A stretch of 64,000 bases of DNA, from IMG/VR virus record IMGVR_UViG_3300050821_003948, positions 3,253 through 67,252 of that record. One strand, written 5' to 3'. Below, in pieces: positions 27,613 through 38,200 of this stretch. Every line of letters starts with the position of its first letter. Position 1 is the first letter of the stretch. The position numbers and the translations under genes are program-made. Source of the DNA: a virus. The notes beneath the pieces were generated by a model, which was not told the DNA's origin, ran no database searches, and was given only the letters and a program-made list of their open reading frames with translations.

Positions 27613-28395
27613 ATGCTTGACCGCACCGACCACAACAAACTCGCCGAGCAAACGAACAGCCGGCTTGCCATCGGCGGAAACTCGCCTCCAGGTCCGATTG
27701 ACAGCGCCAAGGAGGCGATGGCCGAGCTTTCGACATTCACCGAGAATAATCCGGTCATCGAAAACTTCGACGGCGCCAAGCAATACGCGGCATGGATCGA
27801 ACGCACCCGCGTTGCCTTGCAGACGATGGAGGATGAGCGCAAGCCGCAGGTCGATCCGCTCAACGCCGAACTGGAACGGATCAACAAGCCCTACCGCCTC
27901 GTGCGCCAGCCCCTCGAAAAGCTCTACGAACTCGCCAAGGCGCGATTGTCCAAATACAACAACGCCGTCGAAGCCGCGCGCCTGCGTGAAGCACAGCGGT
28001 TGCGCGAGGAAGCCGAACGAGCCGAGCGCGAAGCCCGCGAAGCCGAGGCGCGCGAGCAAGAGGCCATCCTGAATGCCGAGGAAGGCGAATGCACTGACGT
28101 TGGTGGCGCCATTGCCGACGCGGACCAAGCGTTCAAAGCCTTCCAGAAAACCGACCGCGCCGCCGCCACAGCCGAACGCAACGTCCCAGTTCGCATCGCC
28201 TCCGTGATGGGAAACAAAGCCCTGAGCATGAGGACGACCGAGGTTTTTACTGTGGGGGATGCCTGTTCAGCCATTACCATCATGGGATGCAGCGACAATC
28301 TCAAAAAACAGATTATTAAGGACGCAAAGCGATTCCGCGAAGCTACTGGCGAACTGCCGGATGGCATCAAATCAACCTACGAACGGAGCTTGTGA
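27613..28395 (+). CDS. Coiled-coil recombination-module protein (Gam/gp157-like, tentative)
   Basis: IGGNSPP N-terminus, long coiled coil, C-terminal LPDGIK; typical early recombination position. Confidence 0.5.
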   Translation: MLDRTDHNKLAEQTNSRLAIGGNSPPGPIDSAKEAMAELSTFTENNPVIENFDGAKQYAAWIERTRVALQTMEDERKPQVDPLNAELERINKPYRLVRQPLEKLYELAKARLSKYNNAVEAARLREAQRLREEAERAEREAREAEAREQEAILNAEEGECTDVGGAIADADQAFKAFQKTDRAAATAERNVPVRIASVMGNKALSMRTTEVFTVGDACSAITIMGCSDNLKKQIIKDAKRFREATGELPDGIKSTYERSL

Positions 28396-28399
28396 GACA

Positions 28400-28879
28400 A
28401 TGCAGACCGCAACCGTTGACGTGACTTTCGTGAAGCCCCCGGCCGAAGGCAAGCAATACGGCAGCATCAAAGGCGCCAACAACGAATGGTGGCCAGTGAA
28501 GCAGGATCGTATCCGGGAATTCGAACCGGGAAACAAGTACGAGCTTGCGTATACCGAAAGCGACAAGGGGTTTAAGAATATCATCGGTGTCAAGAAGATT
28601 GCCGTCGAGCCGCAGCAGCGCGCGGAGCCTCGTGGGGATTTTCAGCAGTTCACGGAGCCGCAACGCAACGGCGCCGCGCCAGCAAAGCCGAACGGCCAGC
28701 AATACTATCAGCCGCGCCCCACGGCGCCGCGTGACGCAGAGAGAATGTTTGTTTGCTCGCTGCTCAACGCCTTCATCGAAACCGGGCGTTGCGAGTGCGA
28801 GACCAACGAACTGAAAGCGCGCGTTGAGGTTTTGCGCAAGGTGTGGCAGGAAACTTTCGGGCAAGACGACCTCAGGTGA
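28400..28879 (+). CDS. Putative ssDNA-binding/recombination accessory protein
   Basis: Start MQTATV; beta-rich N-domain, Gln/Pro linker; stop lies inside the repeat at 28875. Confidence 0.5.
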   Translation: MQTATVDVTFVKPPAEGKQYGSIKGANNEWWPVKQDRIREFEPGNKYELAYTESDKGFKNIIGVKKIAVEPQQRAEPRGDFQQFTEPQRNGAAPAKPNGQQYYQPRPTAPRDAERMFVCSLLNAFIETGRCECETNELKARVEVLRKVWQETFGQDDLR

Positions 28880-28922
28880 CCGAGTCCGGCGGAACGGAAC
28901 AAACAAACTCTCGTGACCCAAA
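28875..28922 (-). repeat. Bipartite site, subfamily A (long)
   Basis: GGTGACCGAGTCCGG-N18-CTCTCGTGACCCAAA. Confidence 0.92.
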
Positions 28923-29350
28923 TGAAACTGCAACACCCCCAACGCCTAACACCACCAGACGCGCCTGGCGCCCTACTCAAACGCGCATTCGGCATAGCGC
29001 CGCGCATCAAACTAAAAGTCGTCGGCGATTCCGATCCGGTCTACCTGGCAATGATTAGGACTCTCCCGTGCCTAGGCTGCAACGACGAACCGAGCCAAGC
29101 CGCTCATGTGCGAATGCAATCAGGCACCCACAACAAACACGGCGGCATAGGCAAGAAACCAGCAGACAAATGGGCCGTTCCTTTGTGTGACGACTGCCAC
29201 AGAGAACAGCATCGCATCGGCGAGCGCGGCTTCTGGTCCATCGTCGGAATTAATCCGGTGTTGCTCGCGGAAAGACTCTATGCAGCGCGCGGGGATTTGG
29301 TTAAGATGAGAAGCATCGTGTTTGCGGCGCGGGCTGGGATGCTTTCGTAG
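28913..29350 (+). CDS. DUF968-like HNH-type nuclease
   Basis: YL..IR.LPC..C...AAHVR...G.G.KP.D.WAVPLC..CH.EQH..GE..FW. Confidence 0.75.
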   Translation: MTQMKLQHPQRLTPPDAPGALLKRAFGIAPRIKLKVVGDSDPVYLAMIRTLPCLGCNDEPSQAAHVRMQSGTHNKHGGIGKKPADKWAVPLCDDCHREQHRIGERGFWSIVGINPVLLAERLYAARGDLVKMRSIVFAARAGMLS

Positions 29351-29566
29351 GATCACAAATGAAAAAAGGCAAATCCGTTAAACCTAATCTTGGCGATGAA
29401 TGGCTCAATCTCATCACCGGCACGCTGTACAAATGGGACGGCAAAGTCTGGCGCAGCACCGGCAAAACACCATACGGTCCGGACCCGATGGGTCTGATTC
29501 AAGATGGAACGATAAGATACGACGGCAATTCAGAGTAACGACAAACGACAGGTTAACCGGGAAAAT

Positions 29567-29776
29567 ATGACCAAGCACCAAAAAGAAATCATCGCCCTCA
29601 TGCTGAACGGCACCGGCCGCGTGAGCGCGGGTACGTTCAACGACCTTTGCGGTAGCGCGAGGACTGTCCGCGCCATGTTTCGCGACGGCTATGTGAGCGG
29701 AGACGATCTGCCTGCCGTTTATGTGACGGTGACGGACGAGGGCCGCAAGGCACTTCGCGTTTGGAATGAAAAGTAA
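29567..29776 (+). CDS. Small winged-helix-like hypothetical protein
   Basis: VTDEGRKAL C-terminus. Confidence 0.5.
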   Translation: MTKHQKEIIALMLNGTGRVSAGTFNDLCGSARTVRAMFRDGYVSGDDLPAVYVTVTDEGRKALRVWNEK

Positions 29777-29788
29777 CAACAAGTTAAC
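29773..29788 (+). promoter_or_regulatory. TTAA-N7-TTAAC-like junction motif (CtrA-box-like); representative of about 13 full or half copies at 29542-38550
   Basis: GTAA-caacaag-TTAAC overlapping a stop codon. Confidence 0.6.
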
Positions 29789-29800
29789 ACGGAGAATCCA

Positions 29801-30142
29801 ATGAAACGGATTGCAATTCTGATGACCGCTCTGGCGCTCGCCGGCTGCGGAAATACTCAAACCGATGTGGAAGCTATCGGCCAAGCAAAAAAGCTCTCCA
29901 ACGTCACGCCGCTGGTCTGCATGGACTACCCGGCGTTCGATCTGAGCCTTGGGGTCATGCGCAACGGCACCGGCTCGCTGTCCAAAGAGGACATGTGGTT
30001 CACCATCGTCAACCCCGCCGTCCTCGACACGCTGCGGCGCGCGGTAGATACCGGCGCCATTGTCAAGGTCCACTACAACTCGCGCCGCTTCTCTCCATGC
30101 AGCGATGGCTATTGGCTCACCGCCGTCGAGATCGTGCAGTAG
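29801..30142 (+). CDS. Lipoprotein
   Basis: MKRIAIL..LALAGC lipobox. Confidence 0.7.
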   Translation: MKRIAILMTALALAGCGNTQTDVEAIGQAKKLSNVTPLVCMDYPAFDLSLGVMRNGTGSLSKEDMWFTIVNPAVLDTLRRAVDTGAIVKVHYNSRRFSPCSDGYWLTAVEIVQ

Positions 30143-30172
30143 CCGGTTGTTACGGAATTACTCGGGAAAAAC

Positions 30173-30430
30173 ATGAGTCTCACAGCCAAAGACCTGATGG
30201 CCGGTATTCTGTCCTCAAAGGAGGGTCGCATTCTCAAGGCCGCGATGAAGGTCTATGGCGATGACGTTTCGGCGATCCTGAATGGCCTTCACGCCTTAGC
30301 GGTTAGGCTCGCCATCGCAGCCGACGTTTCCCCGGACGACTTCGCGGCGGGCATGAAGCACCATTGGGATTTTGTGGCCAAGGCCATCAATGACTACGCG
30401 GAGAAGCGCAATGACGCCCACCGAAATTGA
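30173..30430 (+). CDS. Hypothetical protein
   Basis: ORF in the early array. Confidence 0.5.
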   Translation: MSLTAKDLMAGILSSKEGRILKAAMKVYGDDVSAILNGLHALAVRLAIAADVSPDDFAAGMKHHWDFVAKAINDYAEKRNDAHRN

Positions 30431-30573
30431 GAAAAAGGCCGAAGATGTTGCGGTGGATTGTCTGACCGCCATTCGCAAGTGCCGCACGTCAGGAGAATGC
30501 ACCGACCGCGACATTCGACAAATCATACAGCTTCGCGTCGAAAATACCCTGTCTCGGGCGATCCTCGGCGCGG

Positions 30574-31404
30574 ATGCCGACAGATGACAGATATGTACCC
30601 GTTTTTTCACTATACTATGCGACGGAACCCATGACGCCCCTCGCCCACCGCATTGTCAAGCGCCTCACGCTTCCGTTGAAGAAGCGGGAATATATTCACG
30701 GCTATGACATTGCGCCGCTTCTCGCAGACGCACACTGCTTCGATGTAACCGACGTTCTGGAAATGTTGAACGATCTTCGCGACAAACTCATGGCGGAACA
30801 CCTGAGTGGGGAGGGCTTCGACGGCACCCTGGCCTTTCTTCCTGCGCCTAAGACGTGGATTGAGTATCGCGACCCCGAAAAACGGGAGGGGTTTTTACTT
30901 CAAGCCCCTGACGTTCGGTCAGGCATCGCGACTATGCACTCGTCCTTTGGAAATCGCGAGTTGCTGACGGGCACACCGGGTGGCAAATTAGCCTTACTGT
31001 CCAACGACCCTCCTTGTCTCATAACGCCAGCCCCGGCGCACGACAAAACTGGACGCCTGCACATTAAAGCGCAGTATTTTCTTTATGCAGCCCTCGCTGC
31101 GATCAATTCTCCAAAGATTCTCGGCCGCAGGCAGTCTATGCCCCACCGTGGCCTCGAAAGGGATTTGCTGAGAGCCGGTGTTGGCAAGTTTCCCTTGCAC
31201 GCTTGGACCGAAATCCAACTGAGCGTGCACCCACCGAAAGAGGATGACGGAGAACACGAAGCTCATTTGACGGGGAAAAAGGCGCTTCATTTCTGCCGGG
31301 CACATCTGCGAATCAAGATGGGTAAATTGGAATATGTGCGAGCGCACTGGCGCGGCGATCCGGCTCTCGGAATGAAACGCTCGCGTTATAAAGTTGGCGG
31401 TTAA
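30574..31404 (+). CDS. Phage hypothetical protein
   Basis: C-terminal HFCRAHLR...VRAHWRGDP.LG motif. Confidence 0.6.
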   Translation: MPTDDRYVPVFSLYYATEPMTPLAHRIVKRLTLPLKKREYIHGYDIAPLLADAHCFDVTDVLEMLNDLRDKLMAEHLSGEGFDGTLAFLPAPKTWIEYRDPEKREGFLLQAPDVRSGIATMHSSFGNRELLTGTPGGKLALLSNDPPCLITPAPAHDKTGRLHIKAQYFLYAALAAINSPKILGRRQSMPHRGLERDLLRAGVGKFPLHAWTEIQLSVHPPKEDDGEHEAHLTGKKALHFCRAHLRIKMGKLEYVRAHWRGDPALGMKRSRYKVGG

Positions 31405-31429
31405 CTTCTGCTTAGCATGGGATTTTTTA

Positions 31430-31993
31430 ATGGACGCGGTTACGGACCTTCCGCCCTACACGGTTCTGGAAAACGGCTACATTCACGGGACATGGTTCTG
31501 TGGGCGGCCGACCGCAAAATATTATGGCGCCTTCCCGCAATCGTTCTGGCCGCGCGCCAAGCAAGTCCTGCGGCCCTGGGGCTCGATGCTTCATTGGTTC
31601 AGTGGAACGATAGCGCCCGAGGATGGCATTACCACCGTTGACGGCAACCCCGCTGGCAAGCCTTCTGTGGTGTCCCTTGGATCCACGCTCCCATTCGCCG
31701 ACGCCACCTTTGATGCCTCGTTCGCGGACCCTCCCTATTCGCCAAAGGATTCCGAGCGGTATGGCCTGCCCTATATCTCAGCGACCAAAATAATCGCCGA
31801 GCTGGCGCGGGTGACGAAGATCGGCGGCAAGATAGGGCTACTCCACGAGTTCATTCCGCCGACTGGCGGCAAGCGAAAACTGCCTGTGAAGCTGCTCGGC
31901 ATCATCGGCGTGATGAACGGCCCACAAAAACGGATTCGCCTCTTTGCAATCTACCGTAAGACCGAACACCAACTACGGATGCCGAGTAACTGA
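31430..31993 (+). CDS. SAM-dependent methyltransferase (DPPY; probable N6-adenine/N4-cytosine DNA MTase)
   Basis: YYGAFP, LHWFSG, LPFADATFD..FADPPY, ELARVTK.GG. Confidence 0.72.
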   Translation: MDAVTDLPPYTVLENGYIHGTWFCGRPTAKYYGAFPQSFWPRAKQVLRPWGSMLHWFSGTIAPEDGITTVDGNPAGKPSVVSLGSTLPFADATFDASFADPPYSPKDSERYGLPYISATKIIAELARVTKIGGKIGLLHEFIPPTGGKRKLPVKLLGIIGVMNGPQKRIRLFAIYRKTEHQLRMPSN

Positions 31994-32180
31994 GGTTTAG
32001 CGGGCATGACCCTCGAAGAATTGCAACGCGAGACCCTGACCGAAAAGAACCGACGCCTGCGGCAGCTTCGGTGCCCGCACGAGGAGGTCTATTCCTCAAG
32101 CGTCCTTGGCCCTGACGGCACTAGCTCGACGCGCTTTTGTTTCGACTGCGGAAAAACCTGGAATGATTGATCCACCCCTA

Positions 32181-32209
32181 TTGACATTCGCTTATCGGCT
32201 GATTTATAT
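32181..32209 (+). promoter_or_regulatory. Sigma70-like promoter for the HTH-integrase unit
   Basis: TTGACA-N17-TTATAT, followed 7 nt later by the ATG at 32217 (probably leaderless). Confidence 0.65.
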
Positions 32210-32216
32210 ATTCCTT

Positions 32217-32510
32217 ATGAAAACCCCGGAACCAACCTTTGAGTGCGATTACGGTCACGATTACCGTGAACATCGGCATCGTTGCCGATGCTGCTCAAAA
32301 ATCATTGAAACCGGCGAGCGCGTCCTGATGGTTCGGTTACAGCGCAAGACTTGGGCACTGCATATTTCCTGTGCAGACAAGGTGAACAGCGATGCAGGCT
32401 GGACATGGCGCGATAGTTTCGAGGCATGGGGCACCGAACACCTACGCCGTTGCGGCTGGAAACTTCCCGAACACCCAATGTGCCGGGCTGGCGCTGTAAA
32501 GGCAGCATAG
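32217..32510 (+). CDS. Small zinc-binding hypothetical protein
   Basis: C..C..KI..GE....H..C. Confidence 0.5.
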   Translation: MKTPEPTFECDYGHDYREHRHRCRCCSKIIETGERVLMVRLQRKTWALHISCADKVNSDAGWTWRDSFEAWGTEHLRRCGWKLPEHPMCRAGAVKAA

Positions 32511-32720
32511 ATGGCAACCTATCGAAACGATCGCGAACTTGCTCAATTGGTTAAGGCCGCAATCGGCCACAATGGCTCACAGAAGCAGTGGGCGGACGAC
32601 GTGGGAATATCAGCGGCTTACCTTTCGGACTTCCTGCGGGGCAACCGCGGGGCAGGGCCGGCCATCCTAAAGGCGCTCGGGTTTGAGACCTCACCCTACT
32701 ACCGGAAAGCCGAATCATGA
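32511..32720 (+). CDS. HTH transcriptional regulator (possibly excisionase-like)
   Basis: GSQKQWADDVGISAAYLSDFLRGNR. Confidence 0.75.
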   Translation: MATYRNDRELAQLVKAAIGHNGSQKQWADDVGISAAYLSDFLRGNRGAGPAILKALGFETSPYYRKAES

Positions 32721-33772
32721 ACCTCCGCACCCTAATGCAAACCTACCGCAGCGACCCAATATCGGGTTTCTACAAGCTCGAATATTGCACGCGGCGCTAT
32801 TACAACCGGCTGATGGATCAGCTTGCGCGAACGTGGTGGATCGCTGAGGATAGTTACGATTGCCATTGCGCAGCCTTTACGGATATCAGCACCATCAACG
32901 GTCGTCGCGTCTTTTCATGGCATCGCCAGTGGACAGGCGGCGACCAGAAAATCTCCATGGGCCACGCGCTGGTCGGGATGCTGCGCACTCTGGTCAACTT
33001 CGGCGACTACGCGCTGGACGACAAGGATTGCGAGCGCGTCGCCAACATCCTGCACAAGATGCGCTTTGCCAACGGCAAGCCGCGCACCGTCCAAATTACT
33101 CGCGAGCAGGCGACCGCGGTTTGCAATCGCGCTCGCACGACTCTGCCGATGGTTGGGCTCGCTCAGGCTCTCCAATTTGAGTGTAGCTGGCGACAAAAGG
33201 ATGTGATCGGAGAGTGGCTGCCAGTGGACGAGCCGGGGCTGTCGGATGTTTGCTCCATGCACCCCAAAAAAGGGCCGATGAAATGGCTAAAAGGTTTGCG
33301 CTGGGAAGAAATCGACGCGGAGTTCATCGTCCACCACGTCACCAGCAAGCGTAAGAAGCTTAGCGAGCCAGACCTAAAACTTGCACCCCTAGTTATGGCC
33401 GAACTGGAATATCAATGGCCGGGCTGCGTTGAACGTCGCGACGATAAGATCATTGTTCACCGCGATCTGTTGCCCGCCAAAGGCTCCGTGATAGTCGATG
33501 AATACACCGGCTTTCCATACAAGGCGGATGATTTTCGGGAGGAATGGCGCGTGATCGCCACCGAATGCGATGTGCCTTTGAACGTCCAAAACCGCGACAA
33601 TCGAGCCGGTGGCATTAGCGAGGCCATTGCGATGGGTGCCAAGGCCGAACACGTGCGCGACATGGCAACGCATTCCGACGTTTCACAGACGATGGACTAC
33701 AGCCGCGCCAGCCGGGAGAACACCCATACTGTACAGCGGATGCGGATGGAAAAGAGTGGGAGCGCAGCATGA
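32717..33772 (+). CDS. int: Tyrosine recombinase/integrase
   Basis: Catalytic pattern WRQKD (R), TSK (K), RDNR (HxxR variant), THS (H), DYSR (Y). Confidence 0.82.
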   Translation: MNLRTLMQTYRSDPISGFYKLEYCTRRYYNRLMDQLARTWWIAEDSYDCHCAAFTDISTINGRRVFSWHRQWTGGDQKISMGHALVGMLRTLVNFGDYALDDKDCERVANILHKMRFANGKPRTVQITREQATAVCNRARTTLPMVGLAQALQFECSWRQKDVIGEWLPVDEPGLSDVCSMHPKKGPMKWLKGLRWEEIDAEFIVHHVTSKRKKLSEPDLKLAPLVMAELEYQWPGCVERRDDKIIVHRDLLPAKGSVIVDEYTGFPYKADDFREEWRVIATECDVPLNVQNRDNRAGGISEAIAMGAKAEHVRDMATHSDVSQTMDYSRASRENTHTVQRMRMEKSGSAA

Positions 33773-33993
33773 CCAAAACACCGGCCTATAGCCCCGCATT
33801 AATCCAGGAATATTTGGAAGCCTTCAAGGCAGCCAATACCATGGCAGAGGTTCCCCAGATCACCTATTCGGATGGCCACTACATCTTCAAAACATCCCGT
33901 GGGTATCCGCAAAAGTATCGACGTGCGGCAGTCGAATCCATGCGCGATGTTTTGAGAAAGCGGATGGAAAAGAGCAGCGAGAAGGTGGCGTGA
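33769..33993 (+). CDS. Hypothetical protein
   Basis: ATGA-coupled to the integrase gene. Confidence 0.5.
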   Translation: MTKTPAYSPALIQEYLEAFKAANTMAEVPQITYSDGHYIFKTSRGYPQKYRRAAVESMRDVLRKRMEKSSEKVA

Positions 33994-34283
33994 TGGTTAC
34001 GGACAAAGAAATTGCAGATGCCGAGGCCGTTCGTAACGCGGCGCGCACTGTCTACAAAGAAGCCGAATACAAGGTGGAGCGCCTGAAAGAAACGCAAGCG
34101 TGCGAGAAATACAAGGTTGGCATCGGCATGATTGTTGTGGACAAAAACGGCCGTAAGGGCGTCGTCGTCCGCATCAATCCCTCGTATGGCGGGAAACCAT
34201 GGGTCTACGCGAAGCAGATTAAAAAAGATGGTTCGCGCGGTGAGCGCGAGCTTTCAATGTACTCTGATTGGATGGTTGTCTAA
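33990..34283 (+). CDS. Hypothetical protein
   Basis: KKDGS motif; coupled to the upstream ORF. Confidence 0.5.
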   Translation: MMVTDKEIADAEAVRNAARTVYKEAEYKVERLKETQACEKYKVGIGMIVVDKNGRKGVVVRINPSYGGKPWVYAKQIKKDGSRGERELSMYSDWMVV

Positions 34284-34316
34284 TCGACTTATGCGTCGAC
34301 AACAGGGAATTGCACG

Positions 34317-34607
34317 ATGACCGACATTGTCGAGCGCCTACGGGCCAGCCTTAGCTATGACACCCCAGCGCGGTATCCCGAAATGGTCACCGAGGCGGCT
34401 GACGAGATTGAGCGGCTGCGAGAGCAGTGTAGAGGCATGGCCAATGCGGCGCTCAATAATGGTCAAGGGCTTCTGATTTACGAACGCGCCCTTGAGCAGA
34501 TCAAAGCGCTCTCCTATAGCGAAGATGGCGAGCCGCTAGATGACGCAATACAGATTGCGGAAACGGCGCTTGCCTTCAAGGCACCTGAACTAAAATTCGG
34601 GCGATAA
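34317..34607 (+). CDS. Hypothetical phage protein (DIVERLR..EAADEIERLR family)
   Basis: Motif common in small phage proteins. Confidence 0.6.
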   Translation: MTDIVERLRASLSYDTPARYPEMVTEAADEIERLREQCRGMANAALNNGQGLLIYERALEQIKALSYSEDGEPLDDAIQIAETALAFKAPELKFGR

Positions 34608-34619
34608 CACGGGGTTAAC

Positions 34620-35258
34620 TTGAAAAAGATCGCCGCTCTTTTTGTCGAAGCCGATGGCATCTACGCAGGATTGCCGAACGTGGACCTGTGGCCGATTGAG
34701 CGCGACGCCCGCATGTATGCTGGCCCGTGGCCGGTGGTAGCTCATCCCCCTTGCCAGCGGTGGGGACGCTTCTGGCATGGCTCCACGCGCAAGCCGCACC
34801 AATTCAAGCTGGGGGATGACGACGGCTGCTTTGTCTCTGCGCTGCGCTCCGTCTGCGAATGGGGAGGCGTTCTGGAACACCCTGCCGACAGCCAGGCATG
34901 GGACGCTCACGGGATCATTAAACCGCCCCGCAGCGGCGGGTGGGTTTGGTCCGGCGAACGGTGGGGCGGTTGGACCTGCTATGTCGAGCAGGCTCACTAC
35001 GGCCACATGAGCCGCAAGGGGACTTGGCTGTTCGCCAGAGGCGTCGATTGCCGGGCGCTTCACTGGGGCCGCAGCGAACAGCGCCTACACCCCGTCGCGC
35101 TGGCGAAGCACGGCTACGCAAAGGCCAGGCGCATTGGAATGATGGCGATGGTCGGCGGCAAGGACAAGACGAAGATCAGGAATGCGACGCCGCTAGAGTT
35201 TCGCGACTTGTTGCTCGATTTGGCGGACTCGACGCGACCGCTCGCAAACGCAAGTTAA
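34620..35258 (+). CDS. C5-cytosine DNA methyltransferase-like protein (minimal)
   Basis: IAALFV, DAR.Y.GP.PVVAHPPCQ (PC motif), VLEHP, K.TWL, TP.EFRD. Confidence 0.6.
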   Translation: MKKIAALFVEADGIYAGLPNVDLWPIERDARMYAGPWPVVAHPPCQRWGRFWHGSTRKPHQFKLGDDDGCFVSALRSVCEWGGVLEHPADSQAWDAHGIIKPPRSGGWVWSGERWGGWTCYVEQAHYGHMSRKGTWLFARGVDCRALHWGRSEQRLHPVALAKHGYAKARRIGMMAMVGGKDKTKIRNATPLEFRDLLLDLADSTRPLANAS

Positions 35259-35273
35259 CAGGACGTTAGCGCC

Positions 35274-38200
35274 ATGAAGACGATTGGAAAAGGACTAGGG
35301 CCTAATCGGCAGATTGAACTGCAAGACGCGCGTCGCGGCGTCAAGGATGCCGAGCGGCATGTGCGAGACTTGAACGATCAGCTATCCGATGCCGCCAGCG
35401 TCCTAAAGACAGCCAGGATGCGACTGGCGCGAGCACAAACGGCCGCCGAGAGAAACCCGCGTTAACCGCCGAACAGCATGGAGACGACAGTGACGATCAG
35501 ATGGATACAGCTTTGGTTAATATGCGGACTGATCGTCACGTCAGCTTGGGATCGCAACGTCGAAAACTACTGTGGACAAAAATACGATGCCCAAAAATTT
35601 ATATTGGTGTCAGCGATATTTTGGCCGCTGGCTTTGTTTGGTAACATAACCAACGCCAAGCCAAGTGGCTGTCGCGGTCCCGGTTAACCCGTCCAATACA
35701 GGGAAAATGACATGCGCGATGATGGCAGCTACGAGATAGGGAGGGAGCCGATCGTACCCAGAGCATCGCGGCAGCCTCACAAAGTCATGACGCCAGACGA
35801 ATACCGCTGCATGGTAATTGTCGGATGGCATGAGGTCTGCCGAAATGTCGATGGCTGCGGCGGCGTTGGCGTGCGGTTTTTAGGTACTGATCAGTAGGAT
35901 GTCACCATGAACTTCATCGGCCACTTGCTTTTTATTGCTCCCATCCCGTGGGCATGGAAGCGAAGGGTTGCGGAGCGGATCGGCACGCGGTGCAAACATG
36001 GCTGGATGGTCGGACTAAAGGTTCTTATCTGTTCCGACGATTGGCAATAGACACATACATCACAACAGCAGGGAACTCAAATGTCTCGGACCATCGAAGA
36101 AGTGAAACACGAGAACGAAATGATGCGGAAGGCTCGCATGGCTGAGAAAGATCGCTGCTTGAAGGAAATTGCGAAGTGGAGTTCGAGCGGCCATATTCTG
36201 CTTCACGCCGGCGAAATGACCGCGGGTGAGCTTCGATCGGTCAAAGCCGTCATTGGTGCAATCTATACCGCCGTGCAAGATTGTTAGCGGTTAAACCCCC
36301 ACAAGCAGGCAGCCCATATGTGCGATCGAGATAAATTCGACAAGGCGGCTAGTTTTCTCGTTGAAGAACACATTCGCATCCACGACCAGATGGTTCCTCA
36401 CCCAGACAAGATCAAAGATGCCATTGCCAAAGAATTGAGAGATACTTGGAACGAGGCTATCCATGCCGCGATCGCGCGTGCAAATTCAATTCTGATCTAT
36501 GCGAATAGGCGCTGACGATGACTATGTCGGCAGAAGATTGGCGGACGGACATTGAGAACGCGCCGAAGGACGGCAGCGATGTTCTATTCCCCATCGAGTT
36601 CGTTGGTCGCGCCTATTGGTGCGGCGACTTGAAGCGATGGGTGCTATCCTACCCGCTGCACATGGAATACATCAGCCACCCAACGCGGTTTCGATTGCCG
36701 CGCACTGACGCCGAGACAGCAGGAGAAACCAAATGAGCTACCACGACTTCACACCGGAAACTCACGAAGGTCGCATAGGTCAGACGATCTATCTTAAAGC
36801 TTTAGATGATCGCAGGGGATTCCGCTACGATCAGGTTGGCATTGATGATGACGAAATCTGGAAAGAGATTTTTGAGGACATCGGAAAAGTGGCGATACAG
36901 GCGGTTAACGGGCGCTAATCCCTGACAAGTAGGAGAAAACCATGAACCGCTGCACTTGCGGATTGGATCGAGAAGGATGCTGCTACCCTCGTTGCCCGCA
37001 GGGCGAATATGATGAGGCTCTTTGCTCCGCTATAGAGCGCGACAAAGATGAGAAGCGCGGCATTAATGTGCAGACAGCAGGGAAATGAAATGTTTGAAAT
37101 TGGCGGGAGTGCCCTGGACGCGGCAAAGCCGGCCTCCGAAAGGCTTGCTGACGCGCAGCGTCAAGTCTGGAAAGCAGAGAAACAGATCAAGGCGTGGCAA
37201 GACGAATTGGACAAGGCGAGAAACGAACTTGTCAAACTGGACGTTTGGCCGCGTCCCGAAGGTTGGTATTGATAAGCGATTAACATGGAGAACCACAATG
37301 TCTTTGACCGCAACCCAAATGAGCATGATGCCGGATCGCCGCCGCCTTCGAGCAGAGACCGTGGCCCACCAAATCCTCTTTGCTCTTGAGGTCTGGATTG
37401 ACCGCTACGAGCGCCTTGAAAGGCATATCGAGACCGAAGCCAAGGACAACAAGGAGGATTATAGAGGCAATCCTCACGTCCGGCGCGACTTGTACCGAGA
37501 GATATTTGCCGCGCTCTATGCAGTCGGCGTCGAAGTCATCACTGACGCCGACCGAGCCGCCGCCGGCTTGGAATGGCGCAACGAAAAGGGCATGACCGAA
37601 ACCGAACTGCGCGCTATGGATGCTAGGCTGACTGAGACACTCTACAGCACCAAGCCCCTGAATATCAGGATCGAAGATACGCCGCTCGCGTAGCAACCGA
37701 CATATGGCCAACGAGCAGGGGAATGACGATGGGTTGTCCAGTTCCGGTTTTTTGCAAGCATTGCGGTGATGCTCTTGACGTGTACGAGCCGCCTGAGCGC
37801 CGGTTCTGTTCTGAGGACTGTGCGATGGAATACATCCTCTACGCGCCTGAGGCGCAGCTACGGGCCGATGTAGCGGCAGAGGGAAAGGATTGGGATACCG
37901 AAGTTGCAACGGCAATGACGTGTTTTGAAATAGCCCTAGCCGACGCCCTGTTTGATGAGGCGACAAAAGAAAAGTAACAAGAGATATTTCGGGAGAACAA
38001 CATGGGCATGTGTTTGGATTCGACGCCCGAAATGGGCGAGTACAGCGTAGAGGTCCGCCGCGAGTCGTTCTACTTGCGCGGAGAGGATTCCTACTTCGAA
38101 GAGAGACGCCACGCCATCCAGGTCTACCCAAGCTCGGAAGGGCGGCACAGCCAAGGCACCGTAGAAATTCTGATTGAGGATATTCCGAAGATCAGAGCGG

